Below are positions 25,930 to 38,995 of a stretch of DNA of 59,068 nucleotides, piece by piece (position 1 is the stretch's first letter; every line of letters begins with the position of its first letter). This DNA is from Lama guanicoe (lineage: Eukaryota), in assembly GCA_013239625.1 (NCBI GenBank), contig MU053399.1:1-59068 (forward strand), written 5' to 3'. The notes below the pieces were generated by a model. It ran no database searches. It was given only the letters and a program-made list of their open reading frames with translations, and was not told the DNA's origin. Made by a program: the position numbers and the translations under genes.

Positions 25930-27925
25930 AAAAATCAAACTCACAAATAACATTATACTCAATGGTGAAAGACTGAAAAACTTTTCCTTTAAGAAGAGAA
26001 AAAACAAGGATGCCCACTTTGACAATTCTAATATACGTACTACTGGAAGTAGAATTATCTTAGTTAACAAACAACATAAAATTGTTAAGAGTCCACCAAA
26101 AATCTGTGAGAGCTAATTAACAAATACAGCGCAGTCGTAGGACATAAAGTAAGTTTTATTTCTATACACTAATAATATATAATACTAAGAAATATTTTTA
26201 AATGATTACATTTACAATATCATGAAAAAGAATAACATCCCAAGGAATAAATTTAACAAAGAAGGCAAAAAATGTTGGAAAACTGAATATTAAGATGGAA
26301 TTACTACTGCAAGAAAACTACAGATGCAATGAAATGTCTGTTATAATCCCAACTACATTCTTGATAGTAATATAAAAAAGTACATCCTAAAATTCCATGA
26401 AATCTGAAGGTACTTAGAATAGTGGAAAGAATCTTACAAAAGAATTGAAGAGCTCACTATCCTGAGTAAAAACTTTTTACAAAGCTACAATAATAAAAAC
26501 AGAGGAGTATTGGCATAAAGACAGACATAAACCAACCAAGTAAAATAGAGATACAAAAAATAAATAAAAACATTTCACTTATGTGGTCAGAGGATTTTTG
26601 ACAAAAGTCTCAAAAGCCATTCCCAGGGGACCTCGTTCCACCAAATGCTGCTGGGAAAACTGGATATCCACATGCAATTAACAAAATGGGGCCCATTGCC
26701 TTACACTGTGTACAAGAATTCACTTAAATGGATCAAAGAGCTAAATATAGAGCTAAAAGTATAAACTTTTAGATGAAACCATAAGGAAAGGGTTTCATGA
26801 CATTGCATTTAGGTTGTTCTTTCTTGGATGTAACACCAAAAATGTGTGCAACAAGAGTAAAAATATAGATAAATTGGTCATTATCAAAATTTTTAACAAA
26901 CTGTGAATTGAAGAACTTTATCCGTAGAATGAATAACCAACTCACAGAATGGAAAATATTTGCAAAATATGTATCAGATAATGGATTGATATAAAAATAT
27001 ATGAAGAAATACATAAGTCAACAACAAGAAAAACTAATTTAAAAATAGGGGAAGCTCTTAAACAAACATTTCTCCAAAGAAGTTATACAAATTGCCAATA
27101 AACACAGGAAAGGTTCCTCCATATCACTAATTAGTAGGAAAATTCAAATCAAAACTACAGTAAGATACCACATCTCACTCTTAGGTGATGGCTATTATTA
27201 AAAACAGTACAGGAAAAAAAAAGTGTTGATAAGGATATGAAGAAATTAGAATGTGTGCAATACCAGTAGGAATGCAAAATGGTGTAACCATTGTGAATAA
27301 TGCTACTGCAATTTTTTAAAACAATAAGCATAGAACCATCATGTGATCCAACAATTGCCTTTCTGAGTATATGTCCAAAATGACTGAAGGCAGAGTCTAT
27401 CTACCAACAGGTATTTTTATACCCATGTTCCTAGAAGATTTATTCTCAATAGCTAAAAGGTGGACACAACACAAAAGTCCACCAACAAAAATGTAAACAC
27501 ACACACATTAATATTATATATGTATATTTATACATAAATACATATGAATATCATTCAGTCTTCAAAAGAAAGGAGATTCTGTTACATGCTACAAAAATGG
27601 ATGAAGCGTGCACAGATTATACTAAGTAAAGTAAGCCAGTCATGATAAGCCATACACCTAATTCCACATACATGGCTTACTCAGGGTGATAAAATTTATA
27701 GAGATGAAAATTGAAATGGTGGTTGCTAGGGCCTGGGAGATTACAGGAGCGAAGAGTTAGTGTTTAATGGGTAAAGAGTTTCAGCTGAGTAAGAAAATAA
27801 CGTATCCTGGTTTGATGTGGGCAATGGCTACACAATATTGTTAATGTACTCAATATCATTGACCCGTACACTTAACAATGGATAAAATGGTAAATCTTAT
27901 AATACGTATATTTACTACAATGAAT
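25930..27925 (+). mobile_element. L1 (L1MA/MB-like) ORF2 3' part plus 3' UTR
   Basis: 'tacaaagctacaataataaaaacag', 'gctgggaaaactggatatccacatgc', 'aacatttctccaaagaag' and typical 3' UTR. Confidence 0.85.
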
Positions 27926-30900
27926 AAGTCAAAAATGTAATTTGAATATAACTGGAGTTATTTTATATTTGGAACTCCAAATATATTGTACAAAACACAG
28001 CAGGGTCCTCAACTTACGTAGAGAAATTGATCTTCCAATAAAATGTGGCCTCTGAAAACTTGCAAAAGGAAAAAAAAAAAAGGAAGAGCAATTTTTTTTA
28101 TAAATACCTTTGGATTCAACATGATTAGCATGTGAGACTTTCCAATAGTATACAATTTATATTAGTAATTTAATTATTAACAAGTTAATAATGTAATATT
28201 TGAAATTGCCAATGAAATTATAATTGTTCCTATCACATATATTTTATATGTCTGTCTATAAAAATGTTTCCATGAGGTAGTGAATATCACACTCTAATGG
28301 TGAAAAAAAAATGCCAAATGTAAAAAAAAAAATGAATGGTACATTATACCTCATATTTGATTCCATGTATCATTACCACCAATGGAAATTTTTTGGGTTT
28401 TTATGTTGTATTGTTTCTAGTATTCTGTAATATATTACTTAACAGACCCCCTGCATTGATAGGGAAGCAACCTTGACTATTAAATATCACCCTTGAATTC
28501 TTCAAGGTCTAATGTGAAGAGGGAATTTTTTTTCTTAGGTTAAAATAAAATTCAAATAGCTTATTTTCCCATTTTATTTTGTTTTTATCCACTGGAAGAA
28601 CAATATAAAATCCATTTTAATTTCAAAACATTTTGAATCTCTTTGATTTTTAAAATTTATTTTAAAATATTGCAACACAGGCATCAGCATTAATTACACT
28701 GTAAAATAGAGGGACGAGCAAGCAGAAAATAATTGATTTTTTTTTACAAGAATAAACAAAACTTGACTCTGGACAATGTCCTAAATAAAAGAGAAAGTAA
28801 AAGGTGAAAACTTTTATTGCCATCTTGGCACCTGGAATATCTCAGGATATGCTCCAGGATTAAATTGAATTTAATCTTGACCACTATCTCTTGACCTTGA
28901 CACTGCTGACATTTTATAGATCATGAAAACTGAGATTCAGAGACTTAAAGTGATTTTACCTTAAAATATATATTGGGGAGGTGGATTCCCAGATTTATGT
29001 ACCTCTCTGTCTAGTCTGTCTATCTGTCTATTTATCTATCCATTTGCCTAAATGTATCTCCTATCTGCCCTCCTTTATACCTCAAATATTAAATATTTTG
29101 AGATAATGAATCTGAAATAAGAGTGGGCTGCTTTTTATTCACAAACAAACAAAAAAGAACTGAAAAGGAAGAAAGAAAAAAAGAAATGGAAGTTACAAAA
29201 TAGAAATTATATGAATGTGGCAGAAGGTCAAGAGTATATGTGAAAAGTTTCTTAAAACACATACAAAGTTATTTCAGTGTTTATAGTTCACTCATTTTGA
29301 CATATTCTATTACTAATATATATACACACACACATTAAATTACAAAAATGGTCTCTCAAAGCCGCTGCATGAAATCCAATTCATGTTTTACTCCCAGTAC
29401 AAAATTGTCCCTACCTAGGAGAATTCACTTGCAAAGAAACAACCATTATCCACCGTCCAATTCAGATTATAGGTATATGTATTCTATATGATAAACAAAA
29501 CCATCCAAATGCTGCCCAAATTTCAAAATGAATTACATATGACCATTTCTTGAAATCAATATGCATCAATTTCATTGCAGATTTTTTCTTCCTATGTTAT
29601 ATTTAGAGTTGAAAATAAAATACTGGAAAAAGCCTCATTTTAGTGATTCATGTGTTTTATAGAGCATAAAGGTTTTAAAACTAGGGTTTAATTCTTATAA
29701 AGATAAAAAACTGAATCACAGATATATGCAGTGAATTATTCAAGGCTGTTGGAAAACCCAGAAGAGTGTCCTCTAGAGACTAGATAATGCAGACTTTTCC
29801 ACTGAAGTATATTTTTATACCTTACTCTCTCCTCACTTTTCATCAAAACTCGTCTCAAGGATCATTCTTGATTACAAAAGAAAGCTGGTGTGATTATTTA
29901 CAGAGATGCAGCAAGGTGTAGATTCACATAAGAAGCGTCTGTAAATTGGCTTTGCTGAGAATGTTATAAGAAATCTGGAAAGTGTCTAAAGCACAAAACC
30001 CTCTCCACCAGAGGATCACCTCCTCCATTCTTAAGATCCTTAAAATACCCTAATGTTCTTGACCTTCCCCAGCCTGACTTGCCTCATTCACGTGTAGGGC
30101 TGGGAAATCAGTAAACCTGGTTACCAGGTCAATTTTAAATGCATTAGTTATACAAAGTCTATTGTGGTTCCGCAAAATGGACTGATCATACATCAGTCTC
30201 AACGTCTGTATTGAGTTACTTTTCATTGCCATCATTTATCTAGAATTGACAGCACTGCAACATGGCTTTTATAGAATCAGAATCACGTTACCCAGGACGG
30301 TGTCCTCTGGAGTCTAGAAAAGCCTTGTTCTCCATGGTACCCTTACCTGGAGACCTACCCAAGGCTATTCCTTCAAGCGTTTCCACAGCAGGATCAACTA
30401 AAGAAGGGGCAAAGAGTACAGAATAATTTGTAATCATTTATTCATAGTATTTAATAATCAAGTGATGGGTATTGTTAATTTTTGAACCCATAAAGTTTGA
30501 GATCCATGTTGTTTACAATATAAAGAGATCTAGAATACACAGTGAGTATTTGTGTATGTATGTTTTGTGTGTTATAATTCATATCATTCCATGAAATTGT
30601 CCAATGATGAATCAGCATTAATAAGCAGGCAATTAGGTAGACAGGTATTTTTAAAGACAGAAACTGATTGTAAGTTTGCGTCCTTCAAATTTTGCTTTGC
30701 AATGAGAATGCTTTCAGTCTGCTTTATTACGCAACCACGTCAGAGAGCGTTGAAGTTGCAAACTAGATATAATTCTAGCTCACCTACGTATCAAGAATTT
30801 AAGTTTAGAGCATTTAACTATCTTAATCTATATCTTTTATGTGGAATAGGCACAAAGAAACACTGGAATATTTTAACTGTCCATTAGATAAAACTTGCCA

Positions 30901-33409
30901 TCACCATCATTTACATTTATCTCACTTGTCACTACAACTGCTTGATGATACAATTTCAAATTGTTTTCGTATATGTGATACGCACAAAATCTCTACAAGT
31001 TTGTTTATTCAGGAATTGTTACTCTTTCACTAGAAAATTATTGATGTGTACAGGAAATTTTAAAAAACACATAAATAAAATGCAAAAGTTAAAAGCATAA
31101 GCCACTTCAATGTCACGCAGTTTGTGTTTAATAACCAAAAAATGAATAACTAGAACAAAACATATTATTTGTTACCTGGATTATTTTTAGAAGTTACCCT
31201 TTAAATTATATATATTATATATAATTATCCATAGATAGTAATATTAGCCATTAATATATATTACATTACTTTAACCATTTTATATTTTCATATAAAATCC
31301 AGAGAAGCAATTTCTAGGTTTTGATTAGAAACTCTGAACTCATGTGAGGTAAAAGAACAAGTAAGAATCAGTATTCAGATTGCAATGGGTGCCAAGTAAT
31401 CACTCTTCATTTTATAAAAGCTATTATAATAAGTAGAAAATAAAGTAGATTGTCCTTCACAATCTTTATTGAGGATTGTGATTCTTAAGTGTTAAGTTAT
31501 TTAAGTATCACTCGAGCACATCCAAAGCATCTTCCAAGACCCGCATCTCACCTTGCATTCAGAAAGCACAGTTACGAATCAGCTCCAAAACCGCCATCTG
31601 TTGTCCATTTCATATTCTTTAATTTTTCCTGAACAACATTGTAAAAAGTACAGCCACTCACTCAACATCAAATGTCATTTGAAAGCTTTTTCCTTAACCT
31701 AACCAACTCTTAGATACAATGCGTCACTCATTTCCCAAACTGGTTACCTTCAGTCTTGAATGATTTCCATACAAACAGTAACCCACACTGCCCAAAGGTT
31801 AATACCACAGAATTAGCACCTATGTGATTACACAGCATGCTTGCATGAAAACATCTCAACTCCTAAGGAATATAAATTGTGTTATTGGTCCTGTTTTAAA
31901 GCATTCTCCACTTGGCTGCAATTTATCCCATCTCCAGAGAATACATCACGAGCTGTGGATACAGTGCATCCACACTTCATTAATGACTATTACTCTTCCT
32001 TCAACTTCCTTTTTGTTTTTTTTTTTTTCCCTATAAATATCTTAGTTCAATTTTGGCCAAGTAAATTCTTATACTTGACATTCTCTTAAAATTCATGTAA
32101 ACTTTTATTATATACTTTCCATAGAATACCATGATTAGTCTCAATTATATTTCAGAATACGGTATACTTTAGGGTAAGCCCATGTATTACTCATTGTACG
32201 TCCAGAACAGTAATTCAAAGACAGAATCAAGAGTTGCCTTTATTATCAATGTTTGTGTTTTCCTGTGATTTTACAATCAATCATTTAAAATCAGATCAAT
32301 TCTCAGAATTGTATGATAACACATTTTAAGTTTAAAAAGAGCTTCATATCTTTTAAAAAAAGTGTGACTAAGTGAGCAGCCCATCTATTTTTAAGGACAC
32401 ATAATTTAGTATAAAGTATTTGTATCTTTTGTTTATGCCAAGCTCAGCCAATTAAAATTTTCTCTTTGGAGTTCTCTGGCTAATGAGATGCCTAGATGTA
32501 TTTATTGCTTATTATATAAAAATGTATTTTATTCTACATAAACTTCTCTTACCTACTTGCTCAAGAGTCCCTCCTCTTTTGTGGTGAATAAAAATAATAC
32601 AATTAGTATTAGCACCTTTTATTATTTCTGTACTTTCACAAACTCTCTGGCTTGATTAGCTGACAGCAGTCCAACCATCATCATATAAATGAAGTTGTTT
32701 TCTGAGTAAACGTCTTTGAAAGTTATCCAAGCAAATGTACATAGATTAATCTTTCATTTCTGCAATTGACATTTTAAACATCTCCATGGAAACTCAAGAG
32801 CAATCATGATTCTAGGATTCTAGACCTTCTTTACTGGGAGATTTAGCCTAATGCTTTTTTTTTTGGATTCACATAGAAATTTCCACTGAGACTTGGAATG
32901 TAGGTAAAGTCACTACTAGGCTGTGATGGCCGTGTGCCAAGTTGGGGAAGGTCTCTGAGAACTTCTTTAGGTGTTTTCACAAGTGCATTTAGGGTCAATA
33001 CAGTAGTGAAGAAAACAAACATCTTTATACAGACTTTTCCAGTATTATTATGTCCCTGAACTTTATTTAAACATAAATTTTCAATATCATAGTTCAGTAA
33101 TTGTACAGTAATGATATGTCTGTACAGTAATGATATATGCATGAATTTGGCTCCCAGTTTTGAATGCATTAACCAAACATTTAATACATTAAATGGAATG
33201 TGGTTAGTTTAATAAAAACATATAAGCAGAAATTCTTAACATGTCACACTTATGGAAGTTTTCTTTCATTGATTTTAGGTATTATATATTTTCAGTTATA
33301 TTTCCATTCTGTTGGAAATATTCACTAAACTACAAAACAACTTTCACTTGTTAAGCTTGTAAAAATGATCATCATACTTTGGTGGAATGATGTTTAGAAA
33401 ATATTCAAC

Positions 33410-33445
33410 ATCACTTCTCAGCCTATTGGCTAAGATCAAGTGTAG
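33410..33445 (+). pseudogene. RNU2 pseudogene: 3'-truncated (tailless) U2 snRNA retrocopy
   Basis: atcacttctcagcctattggctaagatcaagtgtag equals U2 nt 1-36 (ATCGCTTCTCGGCCTTTTGGCTAAGATCAAGTGTAG) with 3 mismatches. 15-bp TSD tagaaaatattcaac at 33395-33409 and 33443-33457. Confidence 0.9.
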
Positions 33446-34639
33446 AAAATATTCAACAATGTACTTTTATTGCAGATCATACCTTAAATATTCTTATATT
33501 TCTCATAGTTTTATAAGTGAATTAACTACACCTTTCATTTGGAAAAGGGAAATACTGAGCCAATTAAATTTTAAAATATGTTTAAAAAATGATTTTAAAC
33601 ATGTTTGATTTCTGAATTACAGTGTGTCTCAGTGAAAACGTCTTTAATTTAGAGTTCTCCGGGCTTCATGGAGTTAGATGTCTATTTCTCTCCCCAGATT
33701 TGGGAAGGATCTTTTTATCATTATTACTTTAAATATGCTTTCTGCCCTCTTTCTCTTATATTCTATTATATCATATTATAGGAGCCTATAATTTGATTCT
33801 GATGCTATAAATAGCACCCTGAAGGGAACAGTGGTACCTTCACAAGACTCGTTTCAGGATCATATTGGCCAGTCCTCATGACTGAAGAGTCTTCAGACGT
33901 AATTCACCTAATTTCTCAAGATTTTATAGGTCTTTCAATTATTTTTAGTATGATCAGTTTAAAATGGATTGACTTTGTCTCTTCCTAGTTAAGAACCCTA
34001 GCTGATCATATTAGGTTCCAAATCCCATTTTGAGTCAGTAGGAAAATCTTGCTACAAAATACTCTAGTAAAGAGAAGGTGAGAACCTGGAGTGAGTCAGT
34101 CATTACAGCCATTGAGAGGGATCTTGAAAATGTTCACTTAGAAAACATCAGACTTTTTATGATACATTGGTTTGTTGCAATGAAAGAACAAAAAGTTTAT
34201 ATTAGCTTGAAATTGTCATACTGACTCATCATTTTTGTGAGCTGTATCTACATGTCCCCCACAACATTTGAAGTGCTTAGTAATTATTTGGTCATTGGTG
34301 TTAAGCAGCAACTGTCTTTTTTGCCCTTTAAATATTTTTGTTTTAAGAAATATCTTTTTAGATTTCTCCAAATTTTAAAGTAATATAATTAAGTGAGATG
34401 AGGGAAATTGTTGAACAGCAAACAACTGTTACATTTTTCCAGATTGCTATGATATTTTCATCGGTTCCTTGTGATGAAAAAAAAAAATTCCACTTTAAAT
34501 TTGGCGAGAAGCAAGTTATAACCAATTGGCGTTCTATGAGCTAAGCTTTTAATCACTTAGTGCCCTGGTAAACACTAAATGCTTGATTGACATGAGTAGA
34601 AAAATATCCAAATTCATATCACCACTTCAGAAGTCTCTC

Positions 34640-35290
34640 ACTGTCACTGGACTGCAAATCTGTACAGTTATTATGGAAAACAACATGACGTTTCCTCAAA
34701 ACAAAAAAATATTGAACTACCATATGATCAAATTATCTCACTTCTGGGTATATATCTAAATAAAATGAAATCACTATGACAAAGAGATATATACACTCTC
34801 CTGTTAATTCCACATTATTCACAATAGCCAAAACACGAAAAGAGCCTAAATGTCTATCAGTGGATGAATGGATAGAGAGAATGTGGTAAATACACACACA
34901 ATGGGGGTACCATTCAGCCTCAGAAAAGAAGGAAATTGTGTCACTCTGACAACATGCATGAACCTGGAGGACGTAAGGCTTAGGTATATACACCGGACAC
35001 ACAAAGACACATATTGCATGATGTCACTTACATGTGGAATGTAAAAATGTCAAACTCCTAGAAAGTAGAACGGTGTTTACCAGAGGCTGGGGAATGAGGG
35101 GAAATGTACAAACTTTCAGATATGCAGGATGAAAAAGTTCTAAACTTTAATGTGGAATAGAGTGAGTATAGCTAATATCACTCTATTATATACTTGAAAT
35201 TTGCCAAGACAGTAGGTTTTAACTATTCCCATCAAAAAAAGGAACAATGTAAGGTAAAGGAAATGTTAATTGGTCTGATTATGGTGATGA
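34640..35290 (+). mobile_element. L1 3' end (paralog of 14435-15195)
   Basis: 'ttattcacaatagccaaaac', 'gtggatgaatggatagag', 'catgcatgaacctggaggac'. Confidence 0.8.
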
Positions 35291-35291
35291 T

Positions 35292-35670
35292 TGTGGGAGC
35301 CCATGATTGGGTTAACAAATTGTAACAGATCCCAGCTGCTTATCTCCTTAAAGAAGATGTGCTTAGTAACTGCCTTGAGGTTTTAGCAATGACCTAGGAC
35401 CCTGGCTATAAATGCTGGGCATGCCTGGTGTTAGTCTTCTATCCCCAACAGAGCCTTGGGCTGGAATGGTAAACAACTCATAGAAAGCTGCAGACTCAGA
35501 AGTGAGAAGGCTGGTTAGCCAGTGACAGGTAAGACCCCTGAGGGGGCTACCTGAGACAGGCACAGTCGCCTGAGTCCAAGAAAGTCTTGTCAAGCAGCTG
35601 ATTCTCATAATGCTGGAATTGTTCAGGATATTCTTATCAAATACTGTATTCACCCTTTTAGCTAAGGATG
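35292..35670 (+). mobile_element. Probable LTR fragment interrupting the L1 3' end
   Basis: Abrupt shift to higher GC starting 'tgtgggagccc' with 'gctataaatgc'. Family not identified. Confidence 0.4.
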
Positions 35671-35672
35671 TA

Positions 35673-36023
35673 CACTGAAGTCCACCCTCATCTGAGGTTT
35701 CACTTCCTAAGGTTTTAGTTACCAAAGATCAACCATGGTCTGAAAATATTCAATGGAAAGTTCTGAAAGTAAAACACTTCATAAGAAGTTTTACATTGTG
35801 AGACCACATTCACATAGCATTTCTACAGTATAGTGTGATAATTGTTCTATTTCTTTGTTAATTATTGTTGATGTCTTACTGTGCCTAATTTATAAATTAT
35901 ATTTCATCATAGATAAGATAAGTAGGAAAAAAACATTACATGTAGGATTTAGTACTATCTGTGGCGTCAGGCATCCAGTGGGGGTCTGGGAACATAGTCC
36001 CTGTGGACAAGGGGGGGCTACTC
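35673..36023 (+). mobile_element. MER44/Tigger7-family DNA transposon (TcMar-Tigger)
   Basis: Matches MER44 hallmarks 'gagaccacattcacatagc', 'tcttactgtgcctaatttataaatt', 'caggcatccagtgggggtctgggaac...ggacaagggggggctact', with degenerate TIRs. Confidence 0.8.
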
Positions 36024-36728
36024 TCCCTTGATTTTACCACAACTAGTGTATATATGCACATATGTGTATATATATATTTATCACTTGAATAACAAAGATT
36101 TCAAAACAAAGCACTCAATACATAATGGATATTTTAAGCAAAGGTTGTAAATTTTTCTTGATTTGGAAACTTCCAGGAGAGGACAGAATGATAGATGTGG
36201 TATTGTTGGTTTGTAATGTTATGTAATTAAGCATTTTGTTGCCCTAAATTCTTCTCCAATTAACCTGAGGTGGGGGCAGGGACAGAAATTGCTTGTACTT
36301 AGCAAACTGTTGCTGGAACCTCTCTACATCATTTCTTCCATGCAGAGGTGCCACTCTTTGCTTTGGACATCACAATAAAGAAAGATACAGGGATGCTGGC
36401 TGTGACAAGGATGGAATTAAGGTATGGACATTCTTACACACAGTAGTTGCTTATTTTGTTGTGCAAGAAAACATGGATTTGAGCATTTCAAAATTAAGTC
36501 ATTTCTATATTTAGAACCCATGTTAATAAAAATTAAATGGTACTTATTAAATATCTTTTAATAAATGTTATTCTTATGACATTAATATTTAATTAAATAC
36601 TATTTAATGAATATAATATATTAATAGTTATAAATAATATAAACTGAGTAAATATTATTTATTTAATAATAGTAATCGTACATTTAATTTTTTTAATTTT
36701 TTCCTAGATATAACTGATATAACTGACA

Positions 36729-37529
36729 NNNNNNNNNNNNNNNNNNNNNNNNNNNNNNNNNNNNNNNNNNNNNNNNNNNNNNNNNNNNNNNNNNNNNNNN
36801 NNNNNNNNNNNNNNNNNNNNNNNNNNNNNNNNNNNNNNNNNNNNNNNNNNNNNNNNNNNNNNNNNNNNNNNNNNNNNNNNNNNNNNNNNNNNNNNNNNNN
36901 NNNNNNNNNNNNNNNNNNNNNNNNNNNNNNNNNNNNNNNNNNNNNNNNNNNNNNNNNNNNNNNNNNNNNNNNNNNNNNNNNNNNNNNNNNNNNNNNNNNN
37001 NNNNNNNNNNNNNNNNNNNNNNNNNNNNNNNNNNNNNNNNNNNNNNNNNNNNNNNNNNNNNNNNNNNNNNNNNNNNNNNNNNNNNNNNNNNNNNNNNNNN
37101 NNNNNNNNNNNNNNNNNNNNNNNNNNNNNNNNNNNNNNNNNNNNNNNNNNNNNNNNNNNNNNNNNNNNNNNNNNNNNNNNNNNNNNNNNNNNNNNNNNNN
37201 NNNNNNNNNNNNNNNNNNNNNNNNNNNNNNNNNNNNNNNNNNNNNNNNNNNNNNNNNNNNNNNNNNNNNNNNNNNNNNNNNNNNNNNNNNNNNNNNNNNN
37301 NNNNNNNNNNNNNNNNNNNNNNNNNNNNNNNNNNNNNNNNNNNNNNNNNNNNNNNNNNNNNNNNNNNNNNNNNNNNNNNNNNNNNNNNNNNNNNNNNNNN
37401 NNNNNNNNNNNNNNNNNNNNNNNNNNNNNNNNNNNNNNNNNNNNNNNNNNNNNNNNNNNNNNNNNNNNNNNNNNNNNNNNNNNNNNNNNNNNNNNNNNNN
37501 NNNNNNNNNNNNNNNNNNNNNNNNNNNNN
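36729..37529. other. Assembly gap (801 N)
   Basis: Run of N. Confidence 1.
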
Positions 37530-38260
37530 TGGAAGAAACAGGTAGGAAATGACTTTTTCCGTGCCTCCAATGATTGCATTTGGAAGACAGTAAGGAGGAT
37601 TTGGACATAAGAGGCAGAGATAAGAGAGAACGGAACAAGAAGGAAGATGATGCCACTCACATAAACTCCTCGTTCATAGCGTGTCGTGTCCACACAGGAC
37701 AAAACCAACATGGCAGGGACTTCGCAGAAAAAGTGATCGATGGTTCTTGAGGAACAGAAGGGAAAGTGGAGTGTGAAAGCCGTGTGGACTGTGGAGTTGA
37801 CTGCCCCAACAAGCCAGGACCCTCCAGCCATGAGGACGCTGACGTTGTCGTTTGTAAGAATGGGATAGCGCAGCGGGTGACAGACGGCTACGTAGCGGTC
37901 ATAGGACATCGCCGCCAGGAGGAGGCACTCACCACCCAAGAGGGTGAGGGATAGGAATATTTGGAAGCCACAACCTGCAAATGAAATAATTCTGCTTCCT
38001 GCCAGAAAGTTGATGATCATTTTGGGAACAATGTTGCTGGTATGCAGGATATCCATAAAAGAGAGATGGCTGAGCAGGAAATACATCGGAGTGTGAAGCT
38101 GAGATTCCCTGCGGATAAGGAGAATCATGACTGCATTTTCTGTTACAGTCATAATAAAAATGATGAAAATGAAGGAGAAGAAGATCAGACTTGTTTGGGA
38201 AGAAGAGAAGAGTCCCAAAAGAATAAAGTCACTGCTGAAAGTCTGATTCTCATGTCCCAT
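37530..38260 (-). CDS. OR2AJ1: OR2AJ1-like olfactory receptor, 3' end (TM6-TM7) hidden in the gap
   Basis: MGHENQTFSSDFILLGLFSSS...TENAVMILL...DTTRYERGV...KKSF closely matches human OR2AJ1 (MGHQNHTFSSDF..., TEN, DTTRYERG). The frame is open up to the gap. ATG at 38260, acceptor 'ttatttatttttag' at ~38280. Confidence 0.85.
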
Positions 38261-38894
38261 AATGAGTTCTTTCTCTGACCTAAAAATAAATAAATGAGTA
38301 AATGAATCAACAAATGAACAAGAGGTAAATTGAAAAGGGAGAAAAATTAGCATAAATCTCAAACTCCTTTACATTTCATTGCAATTAAACCACCATATTT
38401 CTATTTTGCAATCTTTTGCAAATAAAACCAAGACTCTCAGCCACCTTTTGAAGTGGGCATGTTTTACAAGATGGACATTTACTTGTTGAATCAACTAATA
38501 CTTTTCTTTGTTATGAAATAAACAAACCCCTTAATTCTATGTTTAATGCCTTGGAATGTTAACAGTGTTTTGCCATAATTATAAGGATTTTAAAAGATCA
38601 GCATAGGAATGAGTTTTGAAGATGTTTGCATGTATAAATAGTTCTGGCTCTTTTGAATGCTTTGACCTACAGCTCAGTAGAATTTAAGATTGTGGTGTCT
38701 CCCATGAACTAGTTGATTATAAATTACCCTCTAAAATCAATGAATATTACTGACAACTCTAATTTAATATACCTGTATCTAAAATTGTTTACTTTTTCCC
38801 ACTGTCTAGAATCATTTTGTCCTTCAGGTTTTTTTTTTTCCACTAATGATTTGCTTTGATAGAATCATCTTAATTCAAAGCTTAATATGTCACT

Positions 38895-38995
38895 TTAGTG
38901 CTAAGAAGAGTGGACAGTGTCTATTCACATTGAATCCCCATTGCTACACAGAGCCCCTGGCCCACTGTATGTTCTCAAATGCTTATTAAAGAAAT
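38895..38995 (+). mobile_element. L2 3' end fragment
   Basis: 'tattcacattgaatccccattgctacacagagcccctggcccactgtatgttctcaaatgcttattaaagaa' resembles the L2 terminus. Confidence 0.45.

Noticed and set aside
36655..38362. 552-aa and 333-aa ORFs in the track
   Set aside because: Artefacts of translating through the N gap. The real start is ATG 38260, and the upstream extension is intronic with a non-ATG start.
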